Shown here piece by piece: positions 1 through 8,688 of a stretch of 32,000 nucleotides of DNA (its first letter is position 1; each line of letters opens with the position of its first letter). Made by a program: the position numbers and the translations under genes. Source of the stretch: Nitrosomonas europaea (GTDB lineage Bacteria > Pseudomonadota > Gammaproteobacteria > Burkholderiales > Nitrosomonadaceae). The notes under the pieces are model-generated. The model was not told where the DNA came from, ran no database searches, and was given only the letters and a program-made list of their open reading frames with translations. The stretch lies in NCBI RefSeq assembly GCF_900167395.1, contig NZ_FUWK01000009.1, forward strand, positions 1-32,000, given 5' to 3'.

Positions 1-307
1 TACCATCAGGATGGACTTTGACTATCGTACTATCCAGCGACATGTGATCCACTTCCAGCTGTATCAGCTTGTTTTGCTGAAGCGCGAGGAAAACCCGATC
101 CAGGACGCCATTCCTGGCCCAACGGTTGGCGCGCGTGTAAATGCTGTGCCAATTGCCAAATTTCACAGGCAGACCACGCCACTTACAGCCGTGCTCTGCA
201 ACATACAGAATCGCGTTGAGCACTTCCAAATTCGAAAGTGTGACGTTACCCCGTTGTATCGGCAGTAGATTTTCAATAAGCTTGAATTGCGATGCGGATA
301 TTTCCAT
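1..307 (-). CDS. IS5-family transposase (IS427/IS1031-like, DUF4096-type N-terminus). Only the 5' part is present; it runs off the left edge of the window.
   Basis: Absent from the supplied ORF track because it has no stop inside the window. Manual - strand translation from ATG 307 gives MEISASQFKLIENLLPIQRGNVTLSNLEVLNAILYVAEHGCKWRGLPVKFGNWHSIYTRANRWARNGVLDRVFLALQQNKLIQLEVDHMSLDSTIVKVHPDG, open to position 2. The block LNAILYV..GC.WR.LP..FG.W..IY.R..RW...GV is the typical N-terminus of IS4/IS5-family transposases. Confidence 0.8.
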   Translation of the reverse strand, partial: MEISASQFKLIENLLPIQRGNVTLSNLEVLNAILYVAEHGCKWRGLPVKFGNWHSIYTRANRWARNGVLDRVFLALQQNKLIQLEVDHMSLDSTIVKVHPDG

Positions 308-343
308 TCGGTAATTTTAATACAAATAGTGTTAACAGACCCT
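1..343 (-). mobile_element. Partial IS5-family insertion sequence. The right-hand end is estimated near 342-343.
   Basis: It contains the transposase 5' part. About 35 nt upstream of the ATG, the - strand reads CTAG/GGTCTGTTAACACTATTTG, which resembles an IS5-family terminal repeat next to a CTAG/TA-type target. The other end is outside the window, so the inverted repeat cannot be confirmed. Confidence 0.5.
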
Positions 344-857
344 AGTCTTGTTCGTGGTGGTGGCCCCTTCATACCCACACCACCGGTTCATCCACTCCGG
401 GACTGGCAACCCCTATCCAAGAGGTCTGGCTGAATCCGCCGAAAGAACATGCTACGTCCGTTGAGAATCTAAGCTACGCCGTGTGAAAAATCGGATATCT
501 TTGTTGACAAATACTGGTTACCTGGATTTATGACGGTGGATCCAGGAGTGCCGGTGTTCGGTGTTCTGGAGGGCTAAAACACATCTATTCCGGATGAAAA
601 TTCAACCCTGCGGGCGATGCGTAAATTATGCGGAACATCTCTAAAACCCCGTCAAATCAGGCTGCGACAATATGTCACATTCTCAAGCAGAATGTTTGAG
701 GGCATAATCGACTCATTATCTGTACCACCTCTGACATCCGGATTCATGTTTGCAATATGAAATAGATTCGTGAGAAGGAATGCAGGTTTTTCTTTCGGAT
801 CTTGTCTGGATAAGCAGCGTGCTCTACCGGTAAGTAGTTGCTTCCTCCTCTACTTCT

Positions 858-904
858 GCCTGTCTTTTTACAGCCCTTTTGTAAATTGACAGGCATCCTT
901 TTTT
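858..904 (+). terminator. Rho-independent terminator on the + strand, with no annotated gene upstream
   Basis: GCCTGTC-TT-TTTACA-gcccttt-TGTAAA-TT-GACAGGC forms 7 bp plus 6 bp of stem around a 2x2 internal loop and a 7-nt loop (858-894). It is followed by ATCC and TTTTTT (899-904). On the - strand the hairpin is followed by AGAAGTAGAGG, with no U tract, so it looks unidirectional. Confidence 0.6.
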
Positions 905-963
905 CTACTTTGTCTGGTCTGTATTTCATCGTTTCCCGATGATCGTCATCAAATTTCTGTTAG

Positions 964-2349
964 TTAGGTATTTTCTCTGTGATTTTCAGGAAAGGTTAGT
1001 GTAACTGTCAGACCACTATTTGCCGGTCTGGAAAAAGTGATAGTGGCAGCATGCAGATGGGCAATTTCCTGAACGATGGGCAGGCCCAGGCCGCAGCCGC
1101 CACTGATCGATCCCGGAATGCGGTAGAAGCGCTCGAATACCTTTTTGTGTTCTTCAGGTGGGATACCGGGCCCGTTATCTTCCACGGCCAGGCAGGGCCG
1201 GCTGGAATGGACGCCGCTGCGAACCGTGATCGTGCTACCGGCAGGGCAGTAGCGTAGTGCGTTATCGATCAGATTACCCAGGGCTTCACGCAGCATCCAG
1301 GCAATTCCTTCAGCGACTGCCGGTTGGATTTCGAAGCCGAGGTCGATATCTTTGGCAAGGGCACGGTCGATGAAGGTCGAGGCCGCGCTTTCCGCCAGTT
1401 CGTGCAGCGCTACCGGGTGGAAAGTCTGGTTGGCGGAAGCTGCCGGCTCAGTCTGGGCATAGATCAGCAACTGAGTAACCAGATGGGCGATACGTTCTGC
1501 TGCTTCCTCGATACGCGCCAGCCGTTCATCGTTGCGCACATATTTTCCTTCGGCCGCTACCAGTTCGATCTGGGTTTGTAAACCGGCAAGGGGCGTGCGC
1601 AGCTGGTGGGCCGCATCGGCCAGGAAGCGCTGTTGGGCGGCTGCCGCTGTACGCAGCGATTCGAACAGTTCATTGAGCCGGGTAAGCATCGGGCGAATTT
1701 CGCGTGGCGCGTGTCCGATGTCGAGCGCACGCAGATCACGGGGTGAGCGGCTGGCGATCTGGTTTTCGACATGTACCAGCGGTGCCAGCCCGCGTCGCAC
1801 GCCAAAGTAGATCACTAGCAGCGTTGCAGCGATGATGATCAGATTGGGAATGATCGTTGCTGCCAGTATCCGGTTGCTGGCGTGCTCGCGTTCTCGCATG
1901 GTTTCAGCCACGGTGATGGTGATCTCATTGGCATCGACCATGATGAGCTGCGTGGTAGCGCGGATTTTTTCGCCTTGGTAGACATCATCGATGAATACCG
2001 GTCGTTTGTGGATCGCTCCGGGGTAAGCCGGCAGCTGGGCATCACCGATCAGCAGTTGTTTATTGGAGTCGCGAACAGCGAAGAAGATTTTGTCCACTGC
2101 GTCATGACGCAGCATGGCTTCTGCTTCCGGCGTCAGGCGCAGTTTGGGGCTCAACCCGACAGTCTGAATATAAGCCGCAATATCCAGTGCTGCATTATTC
2201 AGGGAATGGTCATAGGCGGTATCGGCAGTTTCCTGTGCCAAGCGGTAATCGAACAGGATGCTGCCGATGAAAACCGCGATCAGAGGAAGAAGTATCCATA
2301 GCAGCAATCGCTGCCGTAAACCCAGTGGGTGGGAAAAGCCGGATTTCAT
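964..2349 (-). CDS. Two-component sensor histidine kinase (QseC/TctE-like, two TM segments with a periplasmic loop)
   Basis: I trimmed the track ORF 964..2556 to ATG 2349. That ATG overlaps the regulator stop as ATGA and gives MKSGFSHPLGLRQRLLLWILLPL. Motifs present: H-box FLADAAHQLRTPLAGL, N-box LGNLIDNALRY, G1 VEDNGPGIP, G2 GGCGLGLPIV. Confidence 0.9.
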   Translation of the reverse strand: MKSGFSHPLGLRQRLLLWILLPLIAVFIGSILFDYRLAQETADTAYDHSLNNAALDIAAYIQTVGLSPKLRLTPEAEAMLRHDAVDKIFFAVRDSNKQLLIGDAQLPAYPGAIHKRPVFIDDVYQGEKIRATTQLIMVDANEITITVAETMREREHASNRILAATIIPNLIIIAATLLVIYFGVRRGLAPLVHVENQIASRSPRDLRALDIGHAPREIRPMLTRLNELFESLRTAAAAQQRFLADAAHQLRTPLAGLQTQIELVAAEGKYVRNDERLARIEEAAERIAHLVTQLLIYAQTEPAASANQTFHPVALHELAESAASTFIDRALAKDIDLGFEIQPAVAEGIAWMLREALGNLIDNALRYCPAGSTITVRSGVHSSRPCLAVEDNGPGIPPEEHKKVFERFYRIPGSISGGCGLGLPIVQEIAHLHAATITFSRPANSGLTVTLTFPENHRENT

Positions 2350-3017
2350 GAGTGACTCTGGTCGATACGATAGCCGATGCCGCGAACCGTGCGAATTTCG
2401 ATCCCGCCCGGGGCGATCTTGGCGCGCAGACGTGATACGTGGACTTCGATGGCATTGGGGGTAATGTTCTTGTCCCAGCCTGTCAGGTTCTGCAGTAGTT
2501 TGTCCTTGCTGACTACGCGGGGAGAGGCCATCAGCAGGGTTTCGAGGATTGTCCATTCGCGCCGGGTCAGCAAAAGCGGCTGATCGTTCAATGTCGCTGT
2601 ATAGCTGCCGGTATTGAGAACCAGTCGGTCATGCTGCAATTCGGTACTGGTGATCGAATGGGCGCGGCGGATCAGGGCGCGGATACGGGCGATCAGCTCC
2701 GGCAGGCGGAATGGTTTGGTCATATAGTCGTCCGCACCGATATCGAGGCCGGCAATGGTGTCTTCCATGCTGCCGCGTGCCGTCAGCACCAGCACGGGCA
2801 GGCACATTTTCCGGTGACGCAGTCGTTGCACGAGGGTCAATCCATCGATATCCGGCAGACCGATGTCTACCACGGCCAGATCAAAATTCTCTTCGCGGAG
2901 ATGGCGTTCAGCACTTGCGGCGTTTCGTGCCACATCCACGGTATAGCCCGCGTTGGTCAGTCCCTGTTTGATGCCGCTTGCCACCAGAGAATCATCTTCG
3001 ACAACCAGAATACGCAT
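2346..3017 (-). CDS. OmpR/PhoB-family DNA-binding response regulator
   Basis: Receiver domain MRILVVEDD, acceptor region LAVVDIGLPDIDG, and TKPF. The C-terminal winged helix shows LTRREWTILETL, EVHVSRLRAKI and IRTVRGIGYRI. A strong SD (GGAGGAAAGCA) precedes the ATG. Confidence 0.93.
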   Translation of the reverse strand: MRILVVEDDSLVASGIKQGLTNAGYTVDVARNAASAERHLREENFDLAVVDIGLPDIDGLTLVQRLRHRKMCLPVLVLTARGSMEDTIAGLDIGADDYMTKPFRLPELIARIRALIRRAHSITSTELQHDRLVLNTGSYTATLNDQPLLLTRREWTILETLLMASPRVVSKDKLLQNLTGWDKNITPNAIEVHVSRLRAKIAPGGIEIRTVRGIGYRIDQSHS

Positions 3018-3104
3018 TGCTTTCCTCCAGTCAGCTCCATGGTAACACCCGATGTTTCCGGCAAACTGTGAAAAAATTGCGCCTGATTTGTCCTGGCCGG
3101 TTCC

Positions 3105-6100
3105 TTAAGGTTGTGTATGTTTGGGCCGTGCCAGCCGGTTGAACATCAGCGGCAGCAGCATCAGCGTGAAGAAAGTGGCGGAAATGATACCGCCGACGAT
3201 GACGACCGCAAACGGGCGCTGGGTTTCCGAGCCGATGCCGTGAGAAAGTGCTGCTGGCAGCAACCCGAGGCCGGCCATCAGCGCCGTCATCAGAATCGGA
3301 CGCAAACGCAATACCGCACCCTCCCGTACTGCTTCAGCGAATGATCGTCCTTTATGAAGCAGGCCAACGATTTCTTCGACCATGATCACGCCGTTCTGCA
3401 CGGCAATACCCGATACCGCAATAAATCCGACGGCAGCCGAGATAGAGAGATGTAACCCCGACAGGGCCAGTCCGGTGAGGCCACCAATCAGCGTGAGCGG
3501 GGCGATCAGTAAAATGATGAAGGCCGAGCGCAGCGATTTGAATGCCCAGAACAGTAATACGAAGATGCCAAGCAGACTGGCGGGAACGATGATCATCAGC
3601 CGTTTCATCGCGCGCTGCTGGTTCTCGAACTGTCCACCCCAGGTGATGCGATAACCCGGTGGCAGGTGCACATGCTCGGTGACCTTTTTCTGGGCTTCAC
3701 TGACGAAACTGCCCTGGTCGCGTCCCATCAGATTGGCTTTGACCGAAACGGCACGGCCGCCCGCCTCACGCGCAATACGGGAAGCGCCCTGGCGCACGTC
3801 GATACGGGCCAGTTCCCCCAGTGTCAGGAATGCACCGGTACTGCCCGGAATGGCGATCTGCAGGTTGGCAATATCGGTGATGGTGTGCCGATAATCCGGG
3901 GCCAGCCGGAGATTGACGTTGAAGCGCCGTTCACCTTCATAAAAACGGGTGATTGCACTGCCACCGAATGCAGTCTGAAAAAGAGTGTTGATTTCTGCGA
4001 TGCTGATACCGTAACGCGCCAGCTTTTGCCGGTCCGGCGTGACGGTAACCTCGGTCTGGCCACCGACCTTGATGGCTGCTACATCGACTGCGCCACGGAT
4101 ATGATTGAGCAGGGTAACGATCTGTTCAGCCTTATCCTCCAGGATTTCCAGATCAGGGCCGAATACCTTGATGGCGATTTCACCTTTGACGCCGGACAGG
4201 GATTCTTCGACGTTATCCTGGATGACTTGTGAAAAATTGGTCGGCAGGCCCGGAATGGCCTTGAGCGAGTGCGACATGTCGGCCACCAGTTTCTCTTTGG
4301 AGCTGAAACGCCAGCTGCTGCGAGGATTCAGATCAGCCAGAATTTCCAGATTATTGGCTCCTTTGGGATCGGTGCCATCGTCCGGCCGGCCGACCTGAGC
4401 TACGACAGTCTTGACTTCCGGATAGGTGATCAGCTTGGCCCGTATTGCACGCTCTACTTCTTTCGATTGCTCCAGGTGGATGGAAGGAGGGAGTGCGATT
4501 GTCAGCCAGATGTTTCCTTCATCGAGCTTAGGCAGGAATTCCGTACCGATCACCGGCAGCAGGGTGAGTGCCCCTGCCAGTGAAGCGATGGTAATTCCGG
4601 CCATGATACGGGGACGCGTGTCCGTCCAGTCGAGCAGTTTCCGGTAACCGGTTTTCAGCCGTTCCATCCAGGTGAGGTGGAGTTCGGATATGGAACTGCG
4701 CTGCAGCAGGTAGGAGAGCAGCGCGGGAACCAGCGTAAGTGTCAGGATGATGGCGCCGATCAGCGCGAAAGAAAGGGTGAAGGCTACCGGAGAAAAGATT
4801 TTGCCTTCCACACGCTGGAAGGTGAATATCGGTACAAAGGCAAGAACGATGATCGCTTTTGAAAAAAGGATGGGCTTACCGAGATTGATGGCGGTCTGCC
4901 GCAGCGCATTGATGCGCCATTTGGCGGTATCCTGCCCGGATCCGGGCTCTTGCCGCAGCATCAGCCGTACCATCAGCGCTTCCACCAGCACTACGGCGCT
5001 GTCAATGATAATGCCGAAGTCGACTGCACCCAGTGAAATCAGGTTGGCTGATACGCCGCGTGCATTCATCATGATGAAGGCAAACAGCAATGTCAGTGGA
5101 ATGATGCAGGCAACGATCAGAGAAGTCCGCCAGTCACGCAGGAATACGATCAGTACGGCCACTACCAGCAGTGCACCGAGAAGGAGATTTTCACCGACGG
5201 TAGCTACTGTGTGGTCCACCAGCTGGGTACGCTCGTAGATCGGGCGTATGTGCACGCCTTCAGGGAGCTTGGCTTGACTGTTGAGTTCATCTACCCGGGT
5301 CTTGAGCGTCTGGATGATCTTGCTTGGATCACTGCCTTTTATCATCAGCACGATCCCTTCGACGATTGAATCCTGGCTCAGGATCTTGCCATTATCGCCC
5401 TGTTGAGCGAGGGAAACGATGCCGGAGAGAGGGGTGTGCCCGCTGATTTCGATAGTAGCGACATCGCCCACGGTAATGGCTTTACCCTCGTGTGACATGA
5501 TGACGGTGGCCGCTACATCTTCGACCGTATGGAAGAGACCGATGGCACGTAGTACCAGCCCTTCACCGCCACGGCGGATGATGCCACCACCGGTATTGGC
5601 ATTGTTTTCACGGAGTGCCTGGCTGACCTGGTCCAGTGTCAGCCCGAATTTGCGCAGCGCATTCGGATCCACGTCAACCTGGATTTCCTTGACTGATCCA
5701 CCAAAGCCGACGACATCTGCCACACCCGGTACACGTCTTAATTCCGGCCGGATAATCCAGTCCTGGATCGCACGGACTTCATACAGCGGCAGATTGGGTG
5801 GAGCATCTACCACATAGCGGTAAATTTCACCCACGGCAGTGGTAAGTGGCCCCAGAGTGGGCATTACGCCATCCGGCAGGTCGACAGTTTGCAGTTTTTC
5901 CAGGACTTGTGCACGTGCAAGACGATCCTCGGTACCATCGGCAAAAATCATGGTGATGACCGATAATCCGGTGATGGAAACCGAACGTAATTGGGTCATT
6001 TGAGGGATACCGCTCATTTCCCGTTCGATCGGGATAGTGACGCTGCGTTCGACTTCCTCTGGCGCCTGACCGACAACTTGGGTGATGACCTGAACCTGCA

Positions 6101-6233
6101 CGTCCTGCACATCGGGAAAGGCCTCGATCGGCAGTTCGATGAAGGCTCGTATGCCCGCTATCAGCAGGGCGCCTACCATGACGAGAATGAACAGTCGCTG
6201 TTTGATCGAGAATGAAATAAGACGGCTGAGCAT
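3105..6233 (-). CDS. czcA: CzcA/CusA-family heavy-metal-efflux (HME) RND inner-membrane pump
   Basis: 1042 aa from ATG 6233, which forms a TAACATG junction with the adaptor stop. The TTG at 6263 in the track would overlap the adaptor gene. The N-terminus MLSRLISFSIKQRLFILVMV is typical of the family. The size and alternating TM/periplasmic pattern fit RND pumps. The TM4 motif VDFGIIIDSAVVLVE carries the D..D..E charge triad described for CzcA-type pumps. The symbol is family-level only; the substrate is unknown. Confidence 0.88.
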   Translation of the reverse strand: MLSRLISFSIKQRLFILVMVGALLIAGIRAFIELPIEAFPDVQDVQVQVITQVVGQAPEEVERSVTIPIEREMSGIPQMTQLRSVSITGLSVITMIFADGTEDRLARAQVLEKLQTVDLPDGVMPTLGPLTTAVGEIYRYVVDAPPNLPLYEVRAIQDWIIRPELRRVPGVADVVGFGGSVKEIQVDVDPNALRKFGLTLDQVSQALRENNANTGGGIIRRGGEGLVLRAIGLFHTVEDVAATVIMSHEGKAITVGDVATIEISGHTPLSGIVSLAQQGDNGKILSQDSIVEGIVLMIKGSDPSKIIQTLKTRVDELNSQAKLPEGVHIRPIYERTQLVDHTVATVGENLLLGALLVVAVLIVFLRDWRTSLIVACIIPLTLLFAFIMMNARGVSANLISLGAVDFGIIIDSAVVLVEALMVRLMLRQEPGSGQDTAKWRINALRQTAINLGKPILFSKAIIVLAFVPIFTFQRVEGKIFSPVAFTLSFALIGAIILTLTLVPALLSYLLQRSSISELHLTWMERLKTGYRKLLDWTDTRPRIMAGITIASLAGALTLLPVIGTEFLPKLDEGNIWLTIALPPSIHLEQSKEVERAIRAKLITYPEVKTVVAQVGRPDDGTDPKGANNLEILADLNPRSSWRFSSKEKLVADMSHSLKAIPGLPTNFSQVIQDNVEESLSGVKGEIAIKVFGPDLEILEDKAEQIVTLLNHIRGAVDVAAIKVGGQTEVTVTPDRQKLARYGISIAEINTLFQTAFGGSAITRFYEGERRFNVNLRLAPDYRHTITDIANLQIAIPGSTGAFLTLGELARIDVRQGASRIAREAGGRAVSVKANLMGRDQGSFVSEAQKKVTEHVHLPPGYRITWGGQFENQQRAMKRLMIIVPASLLGIFVLLFWAFKSLRSAFIILLIAPLTLIGGLTGLALSGLHLSISAAVGFIAVSGIAVQNGVIMVEEIVGLLHKGRSFAEAVREGAVLRLRPILMTALMAGLGLLPAALSHGIGSETQRPFAVVIVGGIISATFFTLMLLPLMFNRLARPKHTQP

Positions 6234-6234
6234 G

Positions 6235-7416
6235 TTAGTTACCGGCGGCAAGTTCAGAAGCAAGCAACATGGCGCCGTCGGTCACGACTTCTTCACCGGC
6301 TTGTACGCTGCTATTCTCCGGTTCGAGCCAGACAGATTCGGCATCCTGGAAAGCGATACGGATCTGTCGCTGGACGAATTGACCAGGAGCCGTTTCAATG
6401 AAAACCGTAGGATAAATTCCATGGGTGATCACCGATACCGCAGGCAGTCGGATGACATTGACAGCTTGTGAATCGGCCAGTCGGGCGCGGGCAAACATGG
6501 CCGGGCGAAGGCGTCCATCCGGGTTGTCGATTTCGGCACGTACCTGGACGCGACGAACATTTGGATCGAGCTGGGGCGCGATGCGAGTGATGGTGGCAAA
6601 GAAGGATTCGCCAGGAAATGCATCGAACGAGAGTAATAGTGGATTGTCGGTATGTACCCGGCCAATCAGGTGTTCCGGTACATCGACTTGTACCCACAGG
6701 CGGGACAGATTGGAGATGACGAACAGCGGCACACCCTGATCCGGGCGGACTTCCGTGCCCGGGTTGGCCTGGCGCTCGACTACGATGCCTGCAACAGGTG
6801 CACGCAATACGAGTTGTTCATTTTGAATTTTACTGTTGGGAGACAGGTTCCTGATTCGTAATCGGGCACGTTCTGTTTCCGCCGCCGCAATCTGCCATTC
6901 TGCTCTGGCACTTTCAACGTCACGTCGGGCGATAGCGTCACCCGCCAGCAGTTCTTGTGCTCGCTTGTAGGTAAGATGTTTTCGTAACACATCTGCTTCT
7001 GCTTTATGCAGATCGGCAAGGGCGGTACCAAAATCCGGCGAGTCCAGTGTCGCAAGGGGTGCACCCATGCTGACCTGATCACCAATTTCAGCGTGCAGTT
7101 GCAAAATACGGCCGGCGACTGCAGGAATGATACGGGCGGTATGATTTTCAGCCAGTGCCAGCCGGGCGGTCAGTGGTTCGCTTGCCGGTAACGGTGAAAT
7201 GACGGCCCGGCTTGTCTTGACGTAGGCGAGCTGGGGGGCATTGGCTGGAAATACCAGATGGTCGGGATTGTGACTGGAATTGGTATTGTTGGTTTCCGAG
7301 TGGACAGCAGCTTGCCGGGAATGAAAATAGCCGGAGATGCCTGCGATTGCACTTCCCAGAATGAGGGCGATAGCAATAATTATTTTTTGATATCTGTGTT
7401 TCATCATGTAATTCAT
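6235..7416 (-). CDS. Efflux RND periplasmic adaptor (membrane fusion protein, CzcB-like)
   Basis: N-terminal anchor KIIIAIALILGSAIAGISGYF. Lipoyl-like half-motifs PAVAGRILQLHAEIGDQVSMGAPLATLDSPDF and LRAPVAGIVVERQANPGTEV flank a coiled-coil hairpin. It lies immediately upstream of the pump gene. The start could instead be ATG 7407 or 7404 (MMKHRYQ). Confidence 0.88.
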   Translation of the reverse strand: MNYMMKHRYQKIIIAIALILGSAIAGISGYFHSRQAAVHSETNNTNSSHNPDHLVFPANAPQLAYVKTSRAVISPLPASEPLTARLALAENHTARIIPAVAGRILQLHAEIGDQVSMGAPLATLDSPDFGTALADLHKAEADVLRKHLTYKRAQELLAGDAIARRDVESARAEWQIAAAETERARLRIRNLSPNSKIQNEQLVLRAPVAGIVVERQANPGTEVRPDQGVPLFVISNLSRLWVQVDVPEHLIGRVHTDNPLLLSFDAFPGESFFATITRIAPQLDPNVRRVQVRAEIDNPDGRLRPAMFARARLADSQAVNVIRLPAVSVITHGIYPTVFIETAPGQFVQRQIRIAFQDAESVWLEPENSSVQAGEEVVTDGAMLLASELAAGN

Positions 7417-7486
7417 TGATGAATTGATTGATCTCGGCCTGGATGCGGGCGCGCCTGGCTGCTGGGCGGTATGACCTGCAAAATGA

Positions 7487-7516
7487 GGATGAACAGGATT
7501 GAACAGCGCATGACAG
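7487..7516. repeat. Three helically phased hexamers (GAACAG, GAACAG, TGACAG; starts at 7491, 7501 and 7511). Candidate response-regulator box upstream of the RND operon.
   Basis: The + strand reads GGATGAACAGGATTGAACAGCGCATGACAG. The hexamer cores are exactly 10 bp apart and lie 75-100 bp upstream of the adaptor start codon. A regulatory function is inferred only. Confidence 0.4.
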
Positions 7517-7710
7517 TCGATCTCCGTATGGGATGAATATAGACCGCCTCGACTTGCGTTTGCCTGACGAACAGCTGAAGTTGCGGTTTTTTTCCTGCTT
7601 GTGAGCGGGTTGGCCGGATCGGCCGTTGAATTACTGGAGAACCATCGGATCGATGGATTTATAGATTGGCGATCAAACCGAGTGCAGCAGTACGATCGTA
7701 AATGATCGCT

Positions 7711-8688
7711 TCATGTCTGTATCAGCTTGAGCTTGCCGGCTTCACGCGGATCCAGATTGATGTCATCCAGGCTGTTCCCATCATCGATCGGGTAAGCTGG
7801 TTCTGACAGCAGAGTCTGTACAAAAGGGGGCAAATTCAGCAGGGCGTGATGGGTACCGCCGCTGTAGAGTTTCAGATCGATCAGGCCGTTCTGCGTAAGG
7901 CGCGCATCGATCTCGGTAGCAGACAACGACAACGGATCTGCAGAATCAGATGCCATCGCCATTGCCCACAGGGTGCCATATAGCGGCACATATTGCAGAT
8001 ACGGACGTACTACACCGAATACATCGCGTAATGATGCCAGCAGGCGTGCCATTATCGGGCTGCGATAGATTGGTGACTGGATATGCAATGACAGGACACC
8101 GCCCGGTTTGAGTGCACGCCGGCAGGCACGGTAGAAATCACGTGTATACAGAGATATGGCGGGACCGAAAGGATCCGTGAGGTCCAGCACGATCTGGTCA
8201 AACTGGTTTTTACAGTTTCCAGTGAATGCGCGTCCATCCCCCAGATGCAGTTCCAGGCGCGGATCCTCAAAAGCCCCCCGATGCACTTTGGGTAACCATG
8301 TACGCGCCATATCGATGACATCACGGTCGAGCTCAGCCAGTACAACGCGCTCCATGTTCGGGTAACGCAGGAGGTTATAGGCTGTCCCCCCATCGCCACC
8401 GCCGACGACCAGTGCCTGGCGTGGATCGCCGTGGGTAATGGCTGGCAGGTGTACCATCGGTTCATGGTAAAAGAATTCATCCTGTTCCGAAGTCATGAAG
8501 CAGCCATCGATGCGCATGGCGCGCCCGAATAGCGGTGTCTGCACAATTTCGATGTGCTGCACGGGCGAATGACGTTCAGCCAGTAATTCTGTGGTGCGTA
8601 AATAAAAACCGAAATCCGGTGAGAGAGGTTCGACAGCAAAATCCTCTGCCATACTGGAAGGCGAGGGAGGTCGTTCAGAGGTGCTCAT
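7711..8688 (-). CDS. speE: Spermidine synthase / polyamine aminopropyltransferase
   Basis: Family motifs are present: ALVVGGGDGGTAYNLL and VLDLTDPFGPA. The start overlaps the speD stop as ATGA (8685-8688). Confidence 0.92.
   Translation of the reverse strand: MSTSERPPSPSSMAEDFAVEPLSPDFGFYLRTTELLAERHSPVQHIEIVQTPLFGRAMRIDGCFMTSEQDEFFYHEPMVHLPAITHGDPRQALVVGGGDGGTAYNLLRYPNMERVVLAELDRDVIDMARTWLPKVHRGAFEDPRLELHLGDGRAFTGNCKNQFDQIVLDLTDPFGPAISLYTRDFYRACRRALKPGGVLSLHIQSPIYRSPIMARLLASLRDVFGVVRPYLQYVPLYGTLWAMAMASDSADPLSLSATEIDARLTQNGLIDLKLYSGGTHHALLNLPPFVQTLLSEPAYPIDDGNSLDDINLDPREAGKLKLIQT

Noticed and set aside
11-268. 85-aa + strand ORF at the left edge
   Set aside because: It is the antisense shadow of the IS5-family transposase N-terminus on the - strand and has no recognisable motifs of its own.
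744-929. 61-aa - strand ORF downstream of the kinase gene
   Set aside because: It is highly basic and low-complexity, has no SD, and runs straight through the + strand terminator hairpin, so it is most likely spurious. The region is discussed as a finding instead.
2350-2556. 69-codon N-terminal extension of the histidine kinase ORF
   Set aside because: It lies wholly inside the response-regulator gene in another frame. ATG 2349, with its ATGA overlap, gives a normal kinase N-terminus. The same logic trims czcA (6234-6263), speD (9126-9173), exbB (15267-15269), aceF (21419-21424), argS (26090-26170) and the SPOR gene (27952-27954).
3111-6215. Many 60-190-aa ORFs on the + strand inside czcA, with similar ones inside the kinase, aceE, aceF, folD, spoT, rnr and rng
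   Set aside because: These are antisense or off-frame ORFs nested in well-supported genes. They are Arg/Ser/Gly-rich, as expected from frame-shifted coding sequence, and have no motifs.
7417-7710. Possible remnant of a CzcC-type outer-membrane factor gene upstream of the adaptor
   Set aside because: I translated the - strand frames by hand. Apart from a vague ...ARRARIQAEINQF stretch, there is no coherent OMF-like reading frame, so nothing supports a pseudogene call.
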